Assembly: GCA_965277285.1 (NCBI GenBank)
Contig: OZ255721.1
Coordinates: 3,552,001-3,616,000 of the forward strand
Direction: 5' to 3'
DNA: 64,000 nucleotides
DNA from: Abditibacteriaceae bacterium
Lineage (GTDB): Bacteria; Armatimonadota; Abditibacteriia; Abditibacteriales; Abditibacteriaceae
The translations under genes were made by a program, and so were the position numbers. This document shows positions 60,155 to 64,000 of the stretch, one piece after another; within the stretch, counting starts at the first letter, position 1, and every line of letters starts with the position of its first letter. Below the pieces are notes generated by a model, which made no database searches, had not been told where the DNA came from, and saw nothing but the letters and a program-made list of their open reading frames with translations.

Positions 60155-60366
60155 AAAAAAGCGCCGGACTTCGGGAATCGAAGAAGCCGGCGCACGGGAA
60201 AAGCGGCAAGTTTGAAATTGCTTAGCTCAAGGAAAACTCAGATCGCAACCTGCCGTAATCTCATCTCCTTGCCCGTGACCGGCCACCGACACGCGCGACA
60301 ACACAGCGCCATACAACAAGGCACCATGTTCGGTGAAGCCAAAAAACGGGAAGCGAGAGAAACCAT
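60155..60366 (-). promoter_or_regulatory. Cys-rich leader-peptide attenuator
   Basis: Leader 60366-60238 reads MVSLASRFLASPNMVPCCMALCCRACRWPVTGKEMRLRQVAI*. Terminator GCGCCGG..CCGGCGC-TTTTTT (60193-60155). Alternative pairing of 60267-60283 with 60186-60203. Confidence 0.7.
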
Positions 60367-60448
60367 TGATCGTGGCAGAAAAGCGTCTTTTCTTGTTTAT
60401 CAGACGATAAACCTTTCAATTCCTACCCTGAAGGTAGATTCGGTAGCT

Positions 60449-60477
60449 ATTTTAGATGTGAAATATCGTTTTGTCAA
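60449..60477 (-). promoter_or_regulatory. Sigma70-type promoter
   Basis: Minus strand TTGACA-17 bp-TAAAAT upstream of the Cys leader. Confidence 0.7.
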
Positions 60478-60529
60478 GGAATAATATGGAATTTTAAGAT
60501 TTTTGCACAATAAATCTGCTAAAAAATTG

Positions 60530-61282
60530 TTAGCCATCTATTAGTTGTAAAGCGAAGGCTTCGACTCGCGCTTCAGGCGAGTAAAGAACGTGCGGCGCCG
60601 CTTTCGAGTACTCGATTCCTGCGGCGGCGATCAAGTCTTCGCGCAGATGTTCAACGCTCGCGCCTTGCAATTGATATGGTTTGTGGCGCACGCGTCCACG
60701 AAAAAGCGCGCGATTATCGCCGGAAAACAGCGTGTAACGTTCGACCAGAAAATGTTCGAGCGTGTCTTTTGCAGCAAGTTGCGGCATTTGGTTTTGCAGG
60801 CGAAGGCGCACCTCGCAACCGGCGTTTTGTGGTGCAGGCCACAATCGCCGCGATGAATATTCCAGGATGCGGTTGGAAGAATGTCGCGTGGCGCGCACGC
60901 TCATCTTCGACCAAAAGTAGGGCAGGCGAAACCAACTTCGCGCGCCGACGAGAGCGGGCAAACTGGACGCATCAAGAGAGAAAAACCAGACGCCGCGCTC
61001 GCCTGTCGCGCGATGACGAACATAGGTGCGCACATTGGTTTCGTGGAAGTCTTCATAAATGCGCGGCGCGAACGGCAAGCCGGGCAAAAGTCGCGGGCGC
61101 ACGCGCGTCATAGTGAAGGGCACCAGACCGATGTAAGCCTGATTGTCAAAGGTTTCGATTTGCAGATCGCGCGGCACTAAAGGGCGCAAATGTTCGACTT
61201 CAACTGGCCAGTGCAAGAACAGCAAATGATGCCAGCCCATGCGCAAAACGGGGCGTTGATTGAATCGGGAAGAATAAGTCAT
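60530..61282 (-). CDS. YqjF/DUF2071 family protein
   Basis: WHHLLFLHW, FHETNVRTYV, GVWFFSLDA, LPYF and FLVERY. Confidence 0.9.
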   Translation of the reverse strand: MTYSSRFNQRPVLRMGWHHLLFLHWPVEVEHLRPLVPRDLQIETFDNQAYIGLVPFTMTRVRPRLLPGLPFAPRIYEDFHETNVRTYVRHRATGERGVWFFSLDASSLPALVGARSWFRLPYFWSKMSVRATRHSSNRILEYSSRRLWPAPQNAGCEVRLRLQNQMPQLAAKDTLEHFLVERYTLFSGDNRALFRGRVRHKPYQLQGASVEHLREDLIAAAGIEYSKAAPHVLYSPEARVEAFALQLIDG

Positions 61283-61303
61283 AACGGAGAGTTTGGATCA
61301 GTC

Positions 61304-61425
61304 CGCCCCTGAAGGAGCGGGCTGAAGTGCAAAGCTCCATAAATGGGGCTGCGAGGAAATCGCGCGACAACAGGGAGCCGGTTTTAACTGGCTTGCTTTG
61401 CTCAGCCCACTCCTTCAGGGCGGGT
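61304..61425. repeat. Imperfect inverted repeat; partial relative near 50667-50712
   Basis: CCCTGAAGGAGCGGGCTGA ... TCAGCCCACTCCTTCAGGG. Confidence 0.55.
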
Positions 61426-61447
61426 TAATTTTAAGATTATTCACCCT

Positions 61448-61496
61448 CAAAACAACAATCGAGTACTCGAAGTGCGAGTACTCGATTGTTGTTTTG
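61448..61496. terminator. Hairpin built from two palindrome cores
   Basis: CAAAACAACAATCGAGTACTCG-AAGTG-CGAGTACTCGATTGTTGTTTTG. Confidence 0.65.
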
Positions 61497-61512
61497 GACA
61501 ATTGTTGTCTTA

Positions 61513-61664
61513 GAGTGTGTTTGCAAAGTGAAAAACAACGTAGGAAAACTGCACTTTGTCATTCTGAGCGCAGCGAAGAATCTGGTTGCAGTTAGATTCT
61601 TCGCTGCGCTCAGAATGACAAACTTCCACTTTCTTCGCGTTTCGCGTACTTTCTATACAACCTC
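61513..61664. mobile_element. MITE carrying the GTCATTCTGAG hairpin (61555-61622)
   Basis: Ends GAGTGTGTTTGCAAAGT / ACTTTCTATACAACCTC with TTA/TCA flanks, related to 30071-30282. Confidence 0.6.
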
Positions 61665-61761
61665 TCAGAATGACAAACTCGTACTTTCGTGGTGTTCCCT
61701 TACTTTCTTCACACTTCCAGAAGGACAAAAGGACAAATTGCGAGTTTTGTCCTTTTGAAGT

Positions 61762-64000
61762 TTACGAGTTGACTTTGACGACAAAGGTCACACTGCCAGT
61801 GGCTTGCGGTGCCAGCGTGCCGCCGAACGTCCACTGAATGGGGCCGGTAGGCGCGCCCGCAGGAGTGGTGGGCGCTGTGATGACTGGAGCATTCAATCCC
61901 GCAGGTGGCGTACCGGCGGCAGCCGAAACGAAAGTTGTGAAGGCGGGCGTGAAATCGTTGATGACCAATCCCGTCATCGGCTTGTCGCTGCTGTTGGTAT
62001 AGACAATGGTGTAAGTGATGTTGTCGCCGGGTTTGGCGGTGGCGGAATTCACGCTTTTCACCAGAGATAATCCGGTCGCGGTCGTGACGGTCGTCACATC
62101 GGTGTTGGAAACCGTGCTACTGAGTGAGGGACTTGCGTTGGTGTAGGTGAAGACGGCGTTGACGACCGCGATGTCTTTGGCGGCATCGGGCGCGGTCGTC
62201 GGAATGTTTTCCTTGACGATGATATTGACGACTTGTCCGGCGGTGACGGTGATTTGCGTGGTCGGCGTCAAAATCGGTTCGCCTGCATCAATCACGCCAT
62301 TGCCATTGGTGTCTTCGTAAACCGTTTGCGTGAAACCGGTTCCTGTCGGCGTTTGAGTACTCGGAGTTGTCACGTTGAAGGCGACGGTGCCGCCGCTGCC
62401 CGCCGTGAAGGCGTGCTTATAGAACACCGCGTTGCCGGGCGTCGAAGTCGTCGCGTTATCGGTGAGGAAGGTGTTCAGCGGCACATCGCCGAAGTTGACG
62501 CCGCTGTAAGTGGTGCCGACGTTGTTGGTGAAAGTTGTGGTGTCAGTTGCGCGATTGTAAGTGCCGCCCGTGTTGCCGACCTGCGCGCCTGTCGAAATCG
62601 TGTTGCTGGGATTGGTTTCCACCACGTTCAATGGTTGAGCGCCAACTGTGTTGCGGATGTAGAAGGTGTAATTGCCGCTGGCGTCGGTTGTCGTGTTGGC
62701 GATGTTGGCGCCGCTGCTGGCGAAGTTGAGCGCGACCGCAACGCCGCCGACGCCCGCTTCGCCGCCATCGCGGACGCCGTTGTTGGGCGTTCCGCTGCCA
62801 ACGCCGTTATCGTCGAACACGTTGCCCGTCAGTTTGGAGCCGTGGAACAAGCCGAAGTTGTTGTTCAAACTGCTGGCGCTCGCGGCCAAGGTGACTTGGC
62901 GCGTTTCGGTGGGCGCTTCGGTTGGGATGTAGCCTGCGGGCGTGCTCGGCGTGACATCGGTCAGCGTGTTGTTGTCATCAATGATGACTTCGTAGCTGCC
63001 TGCGATAACGTTGTTGAACTGATAGGTTCCCGTACTCGGATTGACGGCGACGGCCTGCGTTGCGGTGGTGGCGGGCGTGCCGTTGACGACTGGAATCAGT
63101 TTCGCGTACTGGTTGGCGATGCCGGTTCCGCTTTCGGTGCCGTCCAATGTGCCGTTGGCGTTGGCGTCTTCGTAAACGGTGCCCGAAATTGTGCCTTGCG
63201 CGCTCAGCGTTGTGGTTTTTGTGACGTACTTCGAGAAGGTCGCGGTGCCGTTCACTTTTTTGTTCATGAACGAGACTCCGGTGATGCGCGTGGCGTCCTG
63301 CGTTGTGCTGCCCACCTTGGGCGTGACGCGCAAGATAAAGCTTTTGGTCTGGTTTGGCGTCAGGATGCCAGTGTCGAAGTGACCATCGCCATCGATGTCG
63401 GTCAGCGGGGTTCCGTTGCTGTTCAGCAGTTGAACGGTGTAAGTCGGGTTTGTATTCGACAGCGTGAAGTTGATGATGTCGTTGGTGAAAAACAAGTTCT
63501 TCACCGTGAAAGGATGATCGACAGGAACGCCGATAGAAGTAGCGAGAGTCGTATCTGGCGTGATGGTGAAGTTGCCGACGTTGGTCGTTGGCGGCTGATC
63601 GGTGAGAGGCAGGCGGCCTGTCACTCCACCGTTAGCTTCCAGAGCGACCTGGTTGGTTGGCGTCCAGTTTTGCAAGTTGAATTGCCAGACACCGGCGTCT
63701 GGCGCGCCGCCTGTTACGGTGCTCAGACCAGAAATCGTATCGCCGCCGGTGTTGGTGGTCTGTGACGTGCCATTCCACACGCCATTTTGCGATGAGGTGC
63801 CGTTGATCGTCGTGCCCGATGGTCGTGTGTAGACCATGCGGTTGCTGGCTGTCACGCCGGGCGAAATGGAACCCGCATCGTAGTCGAAGTTGCGCAGGTA
63901 AAGGCTGGTTTCGCCGGGGCCGACCAGAAAGTAAAAGTTCGCGTTGATGTTGCTCGCATTGGAATGCTGATACGTCGTCTGCAACGAGCCAATGAAGATG
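61762..64000 (-). CDS. Large surface protein with SdrD B-like and DUF11 domains (5' end outside window)
   Basis: ISGTVYEDANANG, GNVFDDNG..NNGVRDGGEAG and LVKSV..AKPGDNITYTI; Thr-rich. Confidence 0.85.
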   Translation of the reverse strand, partial: IFIGSLQTTYQHSNASNINANFYFLVGPGETSLYLRNFDYDAGSISPGVTASNRMVYTRPSGTTINGTSSQNGVWNGTSQTTNTGGDTISGLSTVTGGAPDAGVWQFNLQNWTPTNQVALEANGGVTGRLPLTDQPPTTNVGNFTITPDTTLATSIGVPVDHPFTVKNLFFTNDIINFTLSNTNPTYTVQLLNSNGTPLTDIDGDGHFDTGILTPNQTKSFILRVTPKVGSTTQDATRITGVSFMNKKVNGTATFSKYVTKTTTLSAQGTISGTVYEDANANGTLDGTESGTGIANQYAKLIPVVNGTPATTATQAVAVNPSTGTYQFNNVIAGSYEVIIDDNNTLTDVTPSTPAGYIPTEAPTETRQVTLAASASSLNNNFGLFHGSKLTGNVFDDNGVGSGTPNNGVRDGGEAGVGGVAVALNFASSGANIANTTTDASGNYTFYIRNTVGAQPLNVVETNPSNTISTGAQVGNTGGTYNRATDTTTFTNNVGTTYSGVNFGDVPLNTFLTDNATTSTPGNAVFYKHAFTAGSGGTVAFNVTTPSTQTPTGTGFTQTVYEDTNGNGVIDAGEPILTPTTQITVTAGQVVNIIVKENIPTTAPDAAKDIAVVNAVFTYTNASPSLSSTVSNTDVTTVTTATGLSLVKSVNSATAKPGDNITYTIVYTNSSDKPMTGLVINDFTPAFTTFVSAAAGTPPAGLNAPVITAPTTPAGAPTGPIQWTFGGTLAPQATGSVTFVVKVNS

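Larger units (their letters stand above)
510..61470. repeat. Dispersed highly iterated palindrome TCGAGTACTCGA (about 46 perfect copies)
   Basis: Perfect copies start at 510, 1071, 3287, 5154, 5645, 7244, 8780, 9704, 10228, 10779, 11189, 12703, 13436, 15239, 16746, 18162, 19305, 19996, 22623, 24513, 25906, 27188, 28668, 29934, 33600, 33946, 35551, 36619, 37614, 40498, 40900, 42079, 45796, 47579, 48423, 48964, 50200, 52180, 54509, 55245, 56685, 58097, 58265, 59240, 60604 and 61459. Confidence 0.97.

Noticed and set aside
60330..60360. Cobalamin-riboswitch-like GGTG...AAAAACGGGAAG on the plus strand
   Set aside because: Downstream conserved elements are missing and it points away from the gene; better explained as the minus-strand leader ORF
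510..61470. Palindrome as CRISPR repeat or cloning/linker artefact
   Set aside because: Copies are dispersed, not arrayed with spacers. They preserve reading frames, occur as natural degenerate variants and form native hairpins.

Overview
Core-genome window from a moderately GC-rich bacterium. The gene content is Terrabacteria-like: a dcw cluster with DUF881/DUF1290, GerMN-murI-rph, a DUF1559-type prepilin and a barrel-like secreted protein. This is compatible with Abditibacteriota/Armatimonadota, but that placement is inference only. Genes include ftsA (partial), ftsQ, ddl, murB, murC, a DEAD-box helicase, queC-queE, priA, rph, murI, an amidase, tpiA, pgk, cimA, oxidoreductases, a DUF1998 helicase, a large SpoIVB/S55 protein, pyrE, an Flp pilin, tRNA-Gly(CCC), sucD and a DUF11 surface protein. 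There is also a frameshifted IS1595-family element and several REP/MITE-like intergenic repeat families. The most striking signal is a 12-bp perfect palindrome, TCGAGTACTCGA (usually W-flanked). I count about 46 perfect copies by hand, plus many near-matches. They lie inside conserved genes in all three reading frames (SSTR, xEYS, RVLE/D), at gene boundaries, and as the stems of terminators, which resembles a HIP1-like genome-wide motif. Two ribosome-mediated attenuators missing from the ORF track are also visible: an Ile/Thr leader ahead of cimA, and a Cys-rich leader ahead of a DUF1559 prepilin-like gene. All counts and coordinates were read by eye.
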